A DNA stretch of 32,000 nt from Staphylothermus marinus F1 (GCF_000015945.1 NC_009033.1:1050001-1082000); one strand, 5' to 3'. Counted from the stretch's first letter, positions 1 through 9,435 are shown. Translations and numbers: made by a program. Notes: generated by a model from the letters alone, not told the origin.

Positions 1-1
1 A

Positions 2-121
2 GAGTATATGACTAGTTTAAAAATAAGCTTGTTAGGATTAACTCTCGTAGGCTCAATAGCTTTCATAGTTAGATTTATATTTATATCATTTATATTTCCA
101 CAGCAACTATATGGAGGCTAA
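2..121 (+). CDS. secE: Protein translocase subunit SecE/Sec61-gamma, 3' end only (5' end is upstream of the window)
   Basis: Frame 2 reads [39 protein letters not shown], a single C-terminal TM helix. It sits in the conserved archaeal secE-spt5-rpl11 order. It is absent from the ORF track because no start codon lies in the window. It overlaps the spt5 start by 11 nt. Confidence 0.7.
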   Translation, partial: EYMTSLKISLLGLTLVGSIAFIVRFIFISFIFPQQLYGG

Positions 122-605
122 ATCTTTGAGTATTAGGAGAAAGACAAGTTTTTATGCAATAAGAACGACTATGGGACGGGAAATAGACGTTGCTTTAGTT
201 ATAGAATCTAGAATAATGGATCTAGTAAAGCAGAACAGAGATCCAGGCGTAAAAGCAGTATTTGTTCCTCCAGGTGTTAGAGGATATGTTTTTCTCGAAA
301 CATCAAGATTAGCATCGATTTATAGGTTGATAAGTGAATTAAAATATGTTAAATCAGGTCAACCAATCAAAGTTTCTCTAGACGAAGTAGGAAGACTTGT
401 TAAGCCTAAACCTGTTATCGAAATGATTAAAGAGGGAGACATAGTAGAAATTGTGAGAGGCCCGTTTAGAGGAATGAAAGCACAAGTTATTAGTATAGAT
501 AGGAATAAAAACATGGTTGTCCTGAGTATATTAGAGGCTGCTTTCAATGTCCCTATAACTGTTCCAGGTGATTATGTAAAACCCAGTAGGAAGAGCGGTG
601 TCTAG
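111..605 (+). CDS. spt5: Transcription elongation factor Spt5 (archaeal NusG)
   Basis: 164-aa ORF. NGN-type N-terminus ([15 protein letters not shown]) and KOW motif ([18 protein letters not shown]). Located immediately upstream of rpl11. Confidence 0.9.
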   Translation: MEAKSLSIRRKTSFYAIRTTMGREIDVALVIESRIMDLVKQNRDPGVKAVFVPPGVRGYVFLETSRLASIYRLISELKYVKSGQPIKVSLDEVGRLVKPKPVIEMIKEGDIVEIVRGPFRGMKAQVISIDRNKNMVVLSILEAAFNVPITVPGDYVKPSRKSGV

Positions 606-607
606 AT

Positions 608-1138
608 ATGGGTAAGAAAGTAATAAAAGTAATGGTTGAAGGTGGAAAAGCTAATCCAGGCCCACCTCTAGGCCCTACACTTTCACCGTTAAGAGTTAAT
701 GTTATGGAAGTAGTTAAAGCAATTAATGAAGCAACTAAGGATTTTGAAGGATTAACTGTTCCAGTTGAGATCATAGTTGATACATCTACTAGAAAATTCG
801 AAGTAAAAGTTGGTATTCCAACAACAACAGCCTTGCTCCTTAAAGAAGTTGGTGTGAAACAACCACCTGGCGATCCTGCTCATCAGAAAATAGGGGATCT
901 ACCTATTGATAAAATCATAAAAATAGCTATATTAAAGAAAGAACAATTAACGGCTAAAACGTTAAAAGCAGCGGTAAAGACTATTTTAGGTACTGCTAGA
1001 AGTATAGGAATAACAGTAGACGGGAAAGATCCTAAGATTGTCCAGAAAGAAATAGATGAAGGATTATATGATGCTACGATAGCTAAATATGAACCTGAAT
1101 GGGAGAAAGAGGAGGAACAAGAGACTGGCGAGGTGTGA
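608..1138 (+). CDS. rpl11: 50S ribosomal protein L11 (uL11)
   Basis: 176-aa ORF with the [16 protein letters not shown] motif typical of uL11. Conserved cluster position. Confidence 0.93.
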   Translation: MGKKVIKVMVEGGKANPGPPLGPTLSPLRVNVMEVVKAINEATKDFEGLTVPVEIIVDTSTRKFEVKVGIPTTTALLLKEVGVKQPPGDPAHQKIGDLPIDKIIKIAILKKEQLTAKTLKAAVKTILGTARSIGITVDGKDPKIVQKEIDEGLYDATIAKYEPEWEKEEEQETGEV

Positions 1139-1145
1139 ATAGGAG

Positions 1146-1793
1146 ATGCCTCTTCCAAGTAAGGAAGAATTAAAGGAAGCTATAGTTAAAGCAGTACAGT
1201 ACAGTCCGAAGAGAAACTTTAAACAAAGTGTAGAATTAATTGTTGTTCTAAAAGATGTTGATCCCCGTAGTCCGGAGGGAAGAATTAGAGAGACGATATT
1301 TTTGCCGAAAGGACTTGGTAAAGATAAAATAATATGTGTTGTTGCCGATGGTGAAATGGCTGAAAAAGCTAGAGCAGGTGGTGCACACAGAGTTATAACA
1401 AGAGACGAGTTGCTCGCATTAAGCAAGAAAGACGCTAAAAAAGTAGCTCAAGAATGTGATTGGGTTCTTGTAAGGACGGATCTAATGGCTAATGCCGGCA
1501 GAATACTGGGACCAGCTCTCGGTCCTCGAGGAAAAATACCTGTCCCAGTTCCTCCCGCCGCAGATATAGTATCGGTAATGAATAGATATAAATCTGCAAT
1601 TTTGCTGAGAAATAAGGATCAGCCACAACTAATGACTAGAATAGGAACAGAGGATATGAATCCCGAGGATTTAGTTATAAACGCACAGACAATATTATCA
1701 CGTCTAGAAACAAAGCTGCCGAATGGAGCACATAATATTGCAAAAATAGTTGTTAAAACCACAATGGGTCCGCCAATAGAGGTTATGGGGTGA
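1146..1793 (+). CDS. rpl1: 50S ribosomal protein L1 (uL1)
   Basis: 215-aa ORF of uL1-like sequence and size. SD-like GAGGTG/AGGAG lies just upstream of the ATG. Sits between rpl11 and rplP0. Confidence 0.92.
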   Translation: MPLPSKEELKEAIVKAVQYSPKRNFKQSVELIVVLKDVDPRSPEGRIRETIFLPKGLGKDKIICVVADGEMAEKARAGGAHRVITRDELLALSKKDAKKVAQECDWVLVRTDLMANAGRILGPALGPRGKIPVPVPPAADIVSVMNRYKSAILLRNKDQPQLMTRIGTEDMNPEDLVINAQTILSRLETKLPNGAHNIAKIVVKTTMGPPIEVMG

Positions 1794-1800
1794 TTAAAAC

Positions 1801-2817
1801 ATGTCTGCAACAGCAGTTCCCAAAGCTAAGAGAATTCCTCAGTGGAAAATAGAAGAAGTAGAATATTTAACAACATTGTTTAAATCATACCCAGTATTCG
1901 CAATAGCTGATCTAACAGGTTTTCCGACAAACCAGCTTCAAAAACTAAGGAAGAAATTATCGAAGAAAGTATTATTCAGAGTTTCTAAGAACAAATTAAT
2001 TCTAAGAGCACTTAGAAATGCCGGTATTGATACAAGTAAATTCGAGGAACTACTTACAGGACAGAATCTATTATTGTTTACACATATGAATGCTTTCGAG
2101 TTAAGCCTATTACTCGATAAATACAAGGCAAAAACTTATTATAAACCAGGTGAAATAGCTCAGCAAGAAATAGTTATTCCTGAAGGAAACACCGGTTTAT
2201 CACCGGGACCTATTCTTAGTACTTTCAGCAAACTAAAGATTCCTACACGTATACAGGGTAACTCTATAGTTATTACACGCGATACAGTTGTTGCGAAACC
2301 AGGAGATACTATATCTGAGGAATTGGCAAGTCTTCTGCAAAGACTAGATATTGCTTTAAAAGAGGTTAAGATAAATATTAAAGCAGCATATGATCATGGA
2401 ATAATAATATTGAGGGACCAACTAGTCCTAGATCTCGAAGAGTATAAGAACATGGTTATGAATGCTCACCTAGACGCATTAAAGATCGGATCAGAAATAG
2501 CATGGCCTGTGCCAGAGATATTAGAGTTATCATTAAACAAAGCATTCCGTCAGGCATTAGCATTAGCTGCTGAGGCAGGATATGTAACACCAGATACTGC
2601 TGAATACGTGTTTAGAGCGGCAATAATGAAAGCACTAGCACTTGCAGCAGAAGTTTCCAAGTATGCACCAGATCTAGGATTAGAAGTACCAACAATACAA
2701 CCGACAACTCCGCCTGAGAAAAAGGAAGAGGAGGAGAAGAAAGAGGAGGAAGAAGAGGAAGCTGAGACTGTTAGCGAAGAAGAACTAGCAGAAGGACTAG
2801 GAGCACTCTTCGGATAA
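1801..2817 (+). CDS. rplP0: Ribosomal stalk protein P0 (uL10)
   Basis: 338-aa ORF with the acidic stalk tail [30 protein letters not shown] at the C-terminus. GGGGTGA SD upstream. Confidence 0.93.
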   Translation: MSATAVPKAKRIPQWKIEEVEYLTTLFKSYPVFAIADLTGFPTNQLQKLRKKLSKKVLFRVSKNKLILRALRNAGIDTSKFEELLTGQNLLLFTHMNAFELSLLLDKYKAKTYYKPGEIAQQEIVIPEGNTGLSPGPILSTFSKLKIPTRIQGNSIVITRDTVVAKPGDTISEELASLLQRLDIALKEVKINIKAAYDHGIIILRDQLVLDLEEYKNMVMNAHLDALKIGSEIAWPVPEILELSLNKAFRQALALAAEAGYVTPDTAEYVFRAAIMKALALAAEVSKYAPDLGLEVPTIQPTTPPEKKEEEEKKEEEEEEAETVSEEELAEGLGALFG

Positions 2818-2820
2818 ACA
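2729..2820 (+). repeat. Copy A of a 92-bp perfect direct repeat (3' end of rplP0 plus 3 nt past the stop)
   Basis: Base-by-base comparison with 3172-3263 gives identical sequence. Flanking bases differ on both sides (2728 g vs 3171 a; 2821 t vs 3264 g). Confidence 0.95.
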
Positions 2821-2920
2821 TGGGTAAATATTTTTATTAGGGAGAATACATTTTAAAACACCCAGATAATCATGGATAAGTGGATGTGTAAATAGGAAAT
2901 AAGATAAAACATATATCCAA

Positions 2921-2930
2921 GAGGTGGTGA
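2921..2930 (+). promoter_or_regulatory. Shine-Dalgarno element (GAGGTGGTGA) serving the P1/L12 gene
   Basis: GGTGA-type SD of the same kind seen before rplP0, trkA, gcvPB and the MscS-like gene in this window. It lies 3-8 nt upstream of codon 2934. Confidence 0.55.
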
Positions 2931-2933
2931 ACG

Positions 2934-3260
2934 ATCGAATACATATATGCTTCACTACTACTATATAAGGCTGGTAAAGAGATAAATGAGGAAAACATAA
3001 AGAAGGTATTAGAAGCTGCAGGAATTCAAGTAGATGAGGTAAGAGTAAAATCGCTTGTAGCTGCCCTGAAAAATATTGATATAGCAAAAGTACTTGAACA
3101 AGCACTAGCCGCTCCAGTAGCAGCGGTTCCAGCCGCACCGGCAGCACAGGCTCCAGCGGAAGAAGAGAAGAAGGAGGAGAAGAAAGAGGAGGAAGAAGAG
3201 GAAGCTGAGACTGTTAGCGAAGAAGAACTAGCAGAAGGACTAGGAGCACTCTTCGGATAA
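2934..3260 (+). CDS. rpl12: Ribosomal stalk protein P1 (L12P); apparent non-canonical ATC start
   Basis: Hand translation of frame 3 gives (I)[107 protein letters not shown]. This matches the archaeal P1 consensus that begins MEYIYA.LLL. An in-frame TGA lies at 2928-2930, and I found no in-frame ATG/GTG/TTG before the conserved block, which is why the ORF track misses it. Confidence 0.85.
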   Translation: MEYIYASLLLYKAGKEINEENIKKVLEAAGIQVDEVRVKSLVAALKNIDIAKVLEQALAAPVAAVPAAPAAQAPAEEEKKEEKKEEEEEEAETVSEEELAEGLGALFG

Positions 3261-3263
3261 ACA
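3172..3263 (+). repeat. Copy B of the 92-bp perfect direct repeat (3' end of rpl12 plus 3 nt past the stop)
   Basis: Identical to 2729-2820, offset 443 bp. Confidence 0.95.
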
Positions 3264-3467
3264 GTTTTTACAGCTCAAATAATTCAAGCCTTAAAACAAT
3301 GTTCTCGGAGCAGATATGGTTTTTGTTTGGTCTTATTAAGAAATAATCTACCTTATCTCTTAGAAGCCAATACTCAACCATTACATTCAATACTCATATA
3401 TTGGACGTTAATAACTAATATCATAACTAGTATGTAACAGAATATAGTGTGGATTAAGTGATGTATA

Positions 3468-6197
3468 ATGGTCGAAGAAGAATTTATGAATGAGTTTTTG
3501 AAGAAAACCGGTTATCAAGTATATAAGTGTAAGAAGTGCGGTGAAAGATTCTGGAGCCTAGTGCCGAGAGATACCTGTCCTGATAGGCCGTGTAGTAAAT
3601 ATGATTTCTTATATAACGAGTATAAGGGAGTTCCTCCTTTAACATTTGATGAAGCAAGAAGGAAATTCATAGAATTCTTTACCTCTCATGGACATGGATA
3701 TGTTGACCCCTACCCAGTTCTTGCTAGGTGGAGAAACGATCTATATTTGACAATTGCGTCAATAATTGTTTTTCAACCAGCTGTTACTGAGGGAATAGTT
3801 GATCCGCCATATAATCCGCTAGTCATAGTTCAGCCCAGTGTTAGGTTGGAGGATATAGATAATGTAGGCTTAACGTTTGGAAGACATCTTACAAGTTTTG
3901 AAATGGGAGGACATCACGCATTTAATAAGAAGGATCAATATGTTTACTGGGTAAACGAAACACTTCAATACGCATTCGACTTCTTTACAAAAATAATTGG
4001 GATAGAACCTGAGAACATTGTTTTCAAAGAATCATGGTGGGAGGGAGGAGGAAATGCTGGACCAGCATACGAGGTTCTAGTTGATGGGTTAGAGCTTGCC
4101 ACACTAGTATTTATGAAGTATAAAATAGTCAATGGGAAAAAAGTTAGAAATCCCGTACTCGTAGTTGATACTGGTTATGGTATAGAGAGAATTGCCTGGT
4201 TTACTCAGAGAACACCAACAGCTTTTCACACAATATTTAGTTCATTATTGGAGACATATAAGAATATTTTAGGAATAGATGAACCTCCCTATGATGTGCT
4301 TAAAAAAATAGTTTACTTACTTAGTGATAAGGAGATCGAAGACGTATATATGTTGAATAAATATCTTGAAGAGATAGATTATTCTGAATATTATAAATCC
4401 TTAGTAGACACGATCAATCTATATACAGCTCTCGATCATGTTAAGACCTTGTCCTTAATGTTGAGTGATGGCATAGTATCATCAAATACTGGTGAAGGGT
4501 ATCTAGCACGTTTAGTTATTCGACGCTTATTGAGAACACTTATACGTTTAGGAATAAAAGTATCTACACTAGAAGATATAGTTCTAGAACTTATAGATAA
4601 ACAAGCGAAGTATTGGAAAGGCAGATATGTATACGATAAGTTTCACCGCAGACTAGACTATATACTCGACGTAATGAGTTATGAGACGAGAAAATATATC
4701 GACATAGTTACTAGAGGAATTAGAGAGGTGGATAGGTTTATTAAGAAGAAAAAGAAGATTACCTTCGATGATTTAATACAAATATATGACTCTAAAGGAA
4801 TACCCCCCGAAATTGTTGTGGAGAGAGCAAAGCATTATGGGCAAGAAATACGTGTTCCCAGCAATTTCTATTCATTAATAGCTGCTAGACATGGTGGTTC
4901 ACAAGCATTAATCAAAGAGAAAGAGCATGAATTACCGGATGAAATAGTTGAATGGGCTAGTAAACACGATCCTACTAAGAAGCTGTTTCACGAAAACCCC
5001 TATCTAAGAAGAGCTAGTGCGAAGGTTCTCGATTCATTGAATGAGTATGTTATATTTGATCAGACAATATTCTATCCTAGAGCTGGAGGACAAGATCACG
5101 ATAAGGGATACGTTATATTAGGTAATGAGCATATACCCGTTAAACATGTGTATAAAGTTGGAGAAGTAATAGTTCATCAACTAGCTACTAAAAGAAGACT
5201 AGTACCCGGAACACAGGTGGAGCTAGTTATTGATTGGTATAACAGGTATAGATTAATGAGACACCATACAGCAACACATATTGTTCTAGGAGCTGCAAGA
5301 AAAGTTCTCGGAGAACATGTATGGCAAGCTGGAGCAGAGAAAACTGTTGAGAAAGCAAGGCTTGATATAACTCATTATAAATCGTTAAGTGATGAAGAGA
5401 TCAGAAAGATCGAAGAGTTAGCTAATAAGGTGATCGATGAGAGAATAGACTTAAAATTTTATTTCCTACCAAAATTTGAGGCTGAGAAAAGATTTGGATT
5501 AAGAATATATCAGGGCGGAGCAGTTTACTCACCTATTCTTCGCATAGTTGAGATACCTGGATGGGATGCAGAAGCATGTTTTGGCACACATGTATATAAT
5601 ACTTCAGAAATAGGAGGAATAAAGATAATTAAAGCAGAAAAGATCCAGGATGGTGTTATAAGGCTTGAATACATAGCTTCAACAAGGCTTCCAGAATACA
5701 TATCCGATCTACAGAAAGAAGTGGATAAGGCTCTCAAGTTTCTAGGCGCTAAAGGCTTGCCGATCTCTATAGTTGCGAAAAAAGTTAGTGAAGAACTTGA
5801 TAAATACAAGACTCTATTAATTCAATACCGCAGGTTATTCAAAGAAATACTATTAAAGCATTTATTAGAAGAGGCACTGGAGATCTGTGGATTAAAAACA
5901 GTTGTGATAGAGAAACAGCTTGAAGACGAACAACTCTATAAATCAATTATTGAGGATTTATCGTTGAAGAAAAGAGTTCTAACAATATACGTATCAGATA
6001 AATTTGTAGAGATAGCAATTCATCCAGATGAAGCTAATAATAGAAAACTTGATCTAAGAAAGCTCGTGGAAATTCTACAAAACATGGGAGGAAGAGGCGG
6101 CGGAAAACCAGATCACATTTATATAAAGATAAAAGAACCTAAACAAATAGTCAAATTAATAGTAGAGGCAATCACAAACCTTTTATGCAAAGCATAA
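3468..6197 (+). CDS. alaS: Alanine--tRNA ligase (archaeal type)
   Basis: 909-aa ORF. Archaeal AlaRS N-terminal Cys cluster (CKKCGERFW...CPDRPC). Editing-domain zinc motifs HHTATH and CFGTH. Confidence 0.93.
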   Translation: MVEEEFMNEFLKKTGYQVYKCKKCGERFWSLVPRDTCPDRPCSKYDFLYNEYKGVPPLTFDEARRKFIEFFTSHGHGYVDPYPVLARWRNDLYLTIASIIVFQPAVTEGIVDPPYNPLVIVQPSVRLEDIDNVGLTFGRHLTSFEMGGHHAFNKKDQYVYWVNETLQYAFDFFTKIIGIEPENIVFKESWWEGGGNAGPAYEVLVDGLELATLVFMKYKIVNGKKVRNPVLVVDTGYGIERIAWFTQRTPTAFHTIFSSLLETYKNILGIDEPPYDVLKKIVYLLSDKEIEDVYMLNKYLEEIDYSEYYKSLVDTINLYTALDHVKTLSLMLSDGIVSSNTGEGYLARLVIRRLLRTLIRLGIKVSTLEDIVLELIDKQAKYWKGRYVYDKFHRRLDYILDVMSYETRKYIDIVTRGIREVDRFIKKKKKITFDDLIQIYDSKGIPPEIVVERAKHYGQEIRVPSNFYSLIAARHGGSQALIKEKEHELPDEIVEWASKHDPTKKLFHENPYLRRASAKVLDSLNEYVIFDQTIFYPRAGGQDHDKGYVILGNEHIPVKHVYKVGEVIVHQLATKRRLVPGTQVELVIDWYNRYRLMRHHTATHIVLGAARKVLGEHVWQAGAEKTVEKARLDITHYKSLSDEEIRKIEELANKVIDERIDLKFYFLPKFEAEKRFGLRIYQGGAVYSPILRIVEIPGWDAEACFGTHVYNTSEIGGIKIIKAEKIQDGVIRLEYIASTRLPEYISDLQKEVDKALKFLGAKGLPISIVAKKVSEELDKYKTLLIQYRRLFKEILLKHLLEEALEICGLKTVVIEKQLEDEQLYKSIIEDLSLKKRVLTIYVSDKFVEIAIHPDEANNRKLDLRKLVEILQNMGGRGGGKPDHIYIKIKEPKQIVKLIVEAITNLLCKA

Positions 6198-6247
6198 AAT
6201 CTATAACCCGAGATAAATAACCAATTATAAGATGAGAAATAATACTT

Positions 6248-6322
6248 GGGCCCGTGGCCTAGCCTGGATAGGGCGCCGGCCTTCTAAGCCGGAGACCCGG
6301 GGTTCGAATCCCCGCGGGCCCG
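6248..6322 (+). tRNA. tRNA-Arg (anticodon TCT), no intron, CCA not encoded
   Basis: Hand-folded cloverleaf: acceptor GGGCCCG/CGGGCCC, D arm GCCT-AGCCTGGATA-GGGC, anticodon arm CCGGC-CTTCTAA-GCCGG, variable AGACC, T arm CGGGG-TTCGAAT-CCCCG, discriminator G. Confidence 0.9.
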
Positions 6323-6441
6323 CATTTCTATTATGCATCATGTAGTTCAATACTTACGTATATCCTAGTTTAAGATCTTATCTCTTGTCAGTAAATACGT
6401 TTATATCGTGATTGACCAGATTTTATATTTGGTTATATTAT

Positions 6442-6496
6442 ATGATGAAGGAACCGTCACGGGTCTGATCAATATGATGATCGGGCTATGGGCTGA
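6442..6496 (+). ncRNA. Box C/D sRNA (2'-O-methylation guide)
   Basis: Perfect boxes in canonical order: C ATGATGA 6442-6448, D' CTGA 6465-6468, C' ATGATGA 6474-6480, D CTGA 6493-6496. The C'-D spacer is exactly 12 nt and the C-D' spacer is 16 nt. It sits in an intergenic gap between tRNA-Arg and trkH. Confidence 0.8.
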
Positions 6497-6533
6497 ATCT
6501 TACAAGTAGAGTATATGAAATGGTGTTAATGTA

Positions 6534-7967
6534 TTGAATTGGCGAGGCATAGCAAAGATTATTGGTGCTTTGGAAATCGTTGTAGGATTATTAATGCTTT
6601 CTGTCCCTTTAATCGATCTTTTAACATTGAAGCCGTTAACGCTTAGTTTTACTTTTTTTGCATTATTTTTAATTTTCATAGGCTATTATTTGCAACAGAT
6701 AGAGGCTAAGCCCATCGGTTTACTTGATGGCATAGTTGCAACAAGTATTGCTTGGCCTCTAATTTCTTTTGAGGCTTCAATCCCCCTCATGTTGAGTCTA
6801 AACATTAGTCTGGTGGATGCATGGTTTGAATCGATATCAGGTTTTACAGGTACAGGCTTTACTGTACTGACAGGTCTAGACTATATGAAGCCCTCAATTG
6901 TTACTTGGAGAAGTATAATGCAGTGGAGCGGCGAGCTTGGAGTAGTTGTTTTCGCTATGGTTTTATTCCCATATTTTTATCGTTTAGGAGCTTCTGCATA
7001 TGGTGTTGAGAGGCCTCTGAAAATAGAGGCTTCATTCTATATGACTGCTCGAAAACTTATACGTATATATTTAGTTCTTACAATAGCTGGTATAGTATCC
7101 TATGTATATGCTGGCATGAATTTTTATGAAGCATTCAACCATGTATTAACAACTGTTGCAACAGGTGGTATGTCAACATATGATGCTGGATACAATGTAA
7201 TATTTGAGAGAGCACCATTCACGTATATACCGGTAATGGTTTTTATGTTTCTAGGAGGTATGAATTTTGTGTTATTAGATAAACTACTTCGAGGAGACTT
7301 AGGTAGAGTATGGAGAAGCGAAGAATTTAAAACATATCTTTATACAATGCTAGTGCTAGTATTTCTAACAATTATATCTTATTATTTTGTTGATCACTAC
7401 AATTTATATTATAGTTTAATCGCAGGCTCATTTAACCTAGTCTCAGCTATGACAACAACTGGTTTCAGCATCGGTTCCATTTCAGACTTATCCGCTACAA
7501 CGAAATTAGTATTAATAGCATCTATGTATTTTGGTGGAATGGTTTTTTCAACAGCTGGCGGGATTAAAAGTTTCAGATTATTATTAATTCTCAAAAAATT
7601 CAAGTATTCATCGATATCAACTATTCTTGGCGGAAAAGTTGAGAAAACATTGCGGGTTGACGGTAAACCTATTGATGAAGCCGAGGTTTCTCAAGCACTG
7701 CTTTTCTCTTTTATACATTTACTTGCTATTTTTATAGGAGCAACATTTATGACAATCTATGGTTACAGCTTCGTTGACACATTATTTGAAGCAACATCAG
7801 CGGCTGGATGTGTTGGTTTAAGCGTTGGTGTTGTATCTCCGACAGCTCCGTTAGGCGTAAAACTAACAATAATGACTTTAATGTTGCTTGGAAGAGTAGA
7901 ATACGTACAAGTAATCACTATATTTGGATACATTGCAGGAAGGAAAGCCGTTAAAATATTGAAGTAG
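6534..7967 (+). CDS. trkH: TrkH/KtrB-family K+ transporter membrane subunit
   Basis: 477-aa polytopic ORF (TTG start). Four pore-loop-like glycine motifs: SGFTGTGFT, TVATGGMST, AMTTTGFS, SAAGCVGLS. Followed by trkA. Confidence 0.85.
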   Translation: MNWRGIAKIIGALEIVVGLLMLSVPLIDLLTLKPLTLSFTFFALFLIFIGYYLQQIEAKPIGLLDGIVATSIAWPLISFEASIPLMLSLNISLVDAWFESISGFTGTGFTVLTGLDYMKPSIVTWRSIMQWSGELGVVVFAMVLFPYFYRLGASAYGVERPLKIEASFYMTARKLIRIYLVLTIAGIVSYVYAGMNFYEAFNHVLTTVATGGMSTYDAGYNVIFERAPFTYIPVMVFMFLGGMNFVLLDKLLRGDLGRVWRSEEFKTYLYTMLVLVFLTIISYYFVDHYNLYYSLIAGSFNLVSAMTTTGFSIGSISDLSATTKLVLIASMYFGGMVFSTAGGIKSFRLLLILKKFKYSSISTILGGKVEKTLRVDGKPIDEAEVSQALLFSFIHLLAIFIGATFMTIYGYSFVDTLFEATSAAGCVGLSVGVVSPTAPLGVKLTIMTLMLLGRVEYVQVITIFGYIAGRKAVKILK

Positions 7968-7994
7968 TATTTTCAATAATATAGGTGTATATCA

Positions 7995-8639
7995 TTGAGA
8001 ATACTTATAGTTGGCGGAGGAAAAGTTGCTGAAGAATTACTTAGAAGACTCGATTTAAAGAGGCATCAAGTCTACGTTGTCGAGAAAGATCCTGTTAGGA
8101 GACAAGAAATTTCAAGCAATTTCGATGTTTTCGTTATTGGTAAAGATGCAACTGATGTATCGCTTTATACTACTGATTTACAAATGGAACAAATAGATAT
8201 GGTTATTGCTCTAACCGGAAGCAATGAAGTTAATTTATTAGTTCTTGCAATTGCAAAGCTATATAATGTACCGCACCGTATAGCTAAGGTCACTGATCAT
8301 AGAATGGCTGATCTACTATATGAGCTAGAACTCGGTATACCTGTTACACAATCTTCAATTGTAGCTTCAATGATAAGCAATTATTTGGAATCAGTGGTAA
8401 GCTCGCTACCAATAGGTAGTTTCGGAGATTATTATCTCCATCTCATCTCATTAGCAGAAACAGACATGGTTGTCGGATCTAAGATTAAAGAATTAAATTT
8501 ACCAGAGGATATAAGAATTCTCCTAGTATTTGATGGTAGAGACTTCAAACCTCCAATGGATGAAATAGAGTTAAAACCCGGGTACCAATTAATTGTCTTA
8601 TCTAAAATAAGAGATATTGAAAAATATTTTAAAGGGTGA
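7995..8639 (+). CDS. trkA: TrkA/KtrA-type K+ transport regulatory subunit (RCK domain)
   Basis: 214-aa ORF. Rossmann motif ILIVGGGKVAEEL at the N-terminus and a TrkA-C-like C-terminal half. AGGTG SD precedes the TTG start. Confidence 0.85.
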   Translation: MRILIVGGGKVAEELLRRLDLKRHQVYVVEKDPVRRQEISSNFDVFVIGKDATDVSLYTTDLQMEQIDMVIALTGSNEVNLLVLAIAKLYNVPHRIAKVTDHRMADLLYELELGIPVTQSSIVASMISNYLESVVSSLPIGSFGDYYLHLISLAETDMVVGSKIKELNLPEDIRILLVFDGRDFKPPMDEIELKPGYQLIVLSKIRDIEKYFKG

Positions 8640-8643
8640 TCAT

Positions 8644-9435
8644 ATGACTATTAACACCACTAACCTGACAATCGAGGGTATTCTGTTCAGTTTGCAGTCT
8701 GCACTTATAGTAACTTTGCTAGTAGTCCTTGTTCGTTTTATAATAAATAGGTTTCTCACAGTATTATTTGATAGAGGAGTAATTACTATTAGTACCAAGT
8801 CCACTGTGATGAGATTTGTTGATCTCTCCGCTATACTCGTTATACTTGTAGCGTTTCTTCAAGCACTTGTTTCACCACCCATAGTTATTTATGCTGTCTT
8901 AGTATTTGCGTTCATAGCTATCACACTATTCTATTATGAGCTAAGAGAATTTGTTGCATACATAAATCTCCAATTAATTAGGCATATGCGTGGCAGAAAC
9001 TACGAGATCTATTTGCCGAATCACCATAAGCCTATCTATGGTAGGATTGTAAGCGTAGAGCTTACAAACACTATTATAGAAGATATATATGGTAGAAGAA
9101 TATATGTCTCAAATAGTTCGCTTACAAATGCTATAATTAAGGAATATGTGCCGGTAATACAGTTAAGGTTGAAGCTTAGCCATGCCGAAGGCGATCCTAT
9201 TAAAGTAATAGAAGATATAACTGCTTCACTAAGAGAAATAGATACTGGGATTTTCAGACTTGATGATAAAAAAATATTGATAGATAGAATAGGGGGAGGA
9301 GAAGTAATTGCTAGAATTAATGCCTATCCTCTATCAATACCTTTAAGATTCTCAGACCTAGTAAAGCTTGCTGATTTATTAAGTAAAAGTCTCGCAAAAT
9401 ATAATCCTATCATAGAATTTATAGAGTTAGGATGA
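8644..9435 (+). CDS. MscS-family mechanosensitive channel-like membrane protein
   Basis: N-terminal TM helices followed by an MscS beta-domain-like block ([38 protein letters not shown]). I prefer ATG 8644 (GGGTGA SD 5 nt upstream) over the track start at 8617. Confidence 0.55.
   Translation: MTINTTNLTIEGILFSLQSALIVTLLVVLVRFIINRFLTVLFDRGVITISTKSTVMRFVDLSAILVILVAFLQALVSPPIVIYAVLVFAFIAITLFYYELREFVAYINLQLIRHMRGRNYEIYLPNHHKPIYGRIVSVELTNTIIEDIYGRRIYVSNSSLTNAIIKEYVPVIQLRLKLSHAEGDPIKVIEDITASLREIDTGIFRLDDKKILIDRIGGGEVIARINAYPLSIPLRFSDLVKLADLLSKSLAKYNPIIEFIELG

Noticed and set aside
359-2126. Minus-strand ORFs inside spt5, rpl11, rpl1 and rplP0 (359-547, 553-774, 883-1158, 1064-1426, 1619-1810, 1938-2126).
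   Set aside because: They are antisense shadows of highly conserved ribosomal and transcription genes. They are Ser/Leu/Ile/Phe-rich with no motifs.
2797-3147. A 116-aa minus-strand ORF in the track covering the P0-P1 spacer.
   Set aside because: It is antisense to the clearly conserved P1/L12 reading frame. Its sequence is low-complexity Leu/Gln-rich, mirroring the acidic and Ala-rich sense strand.
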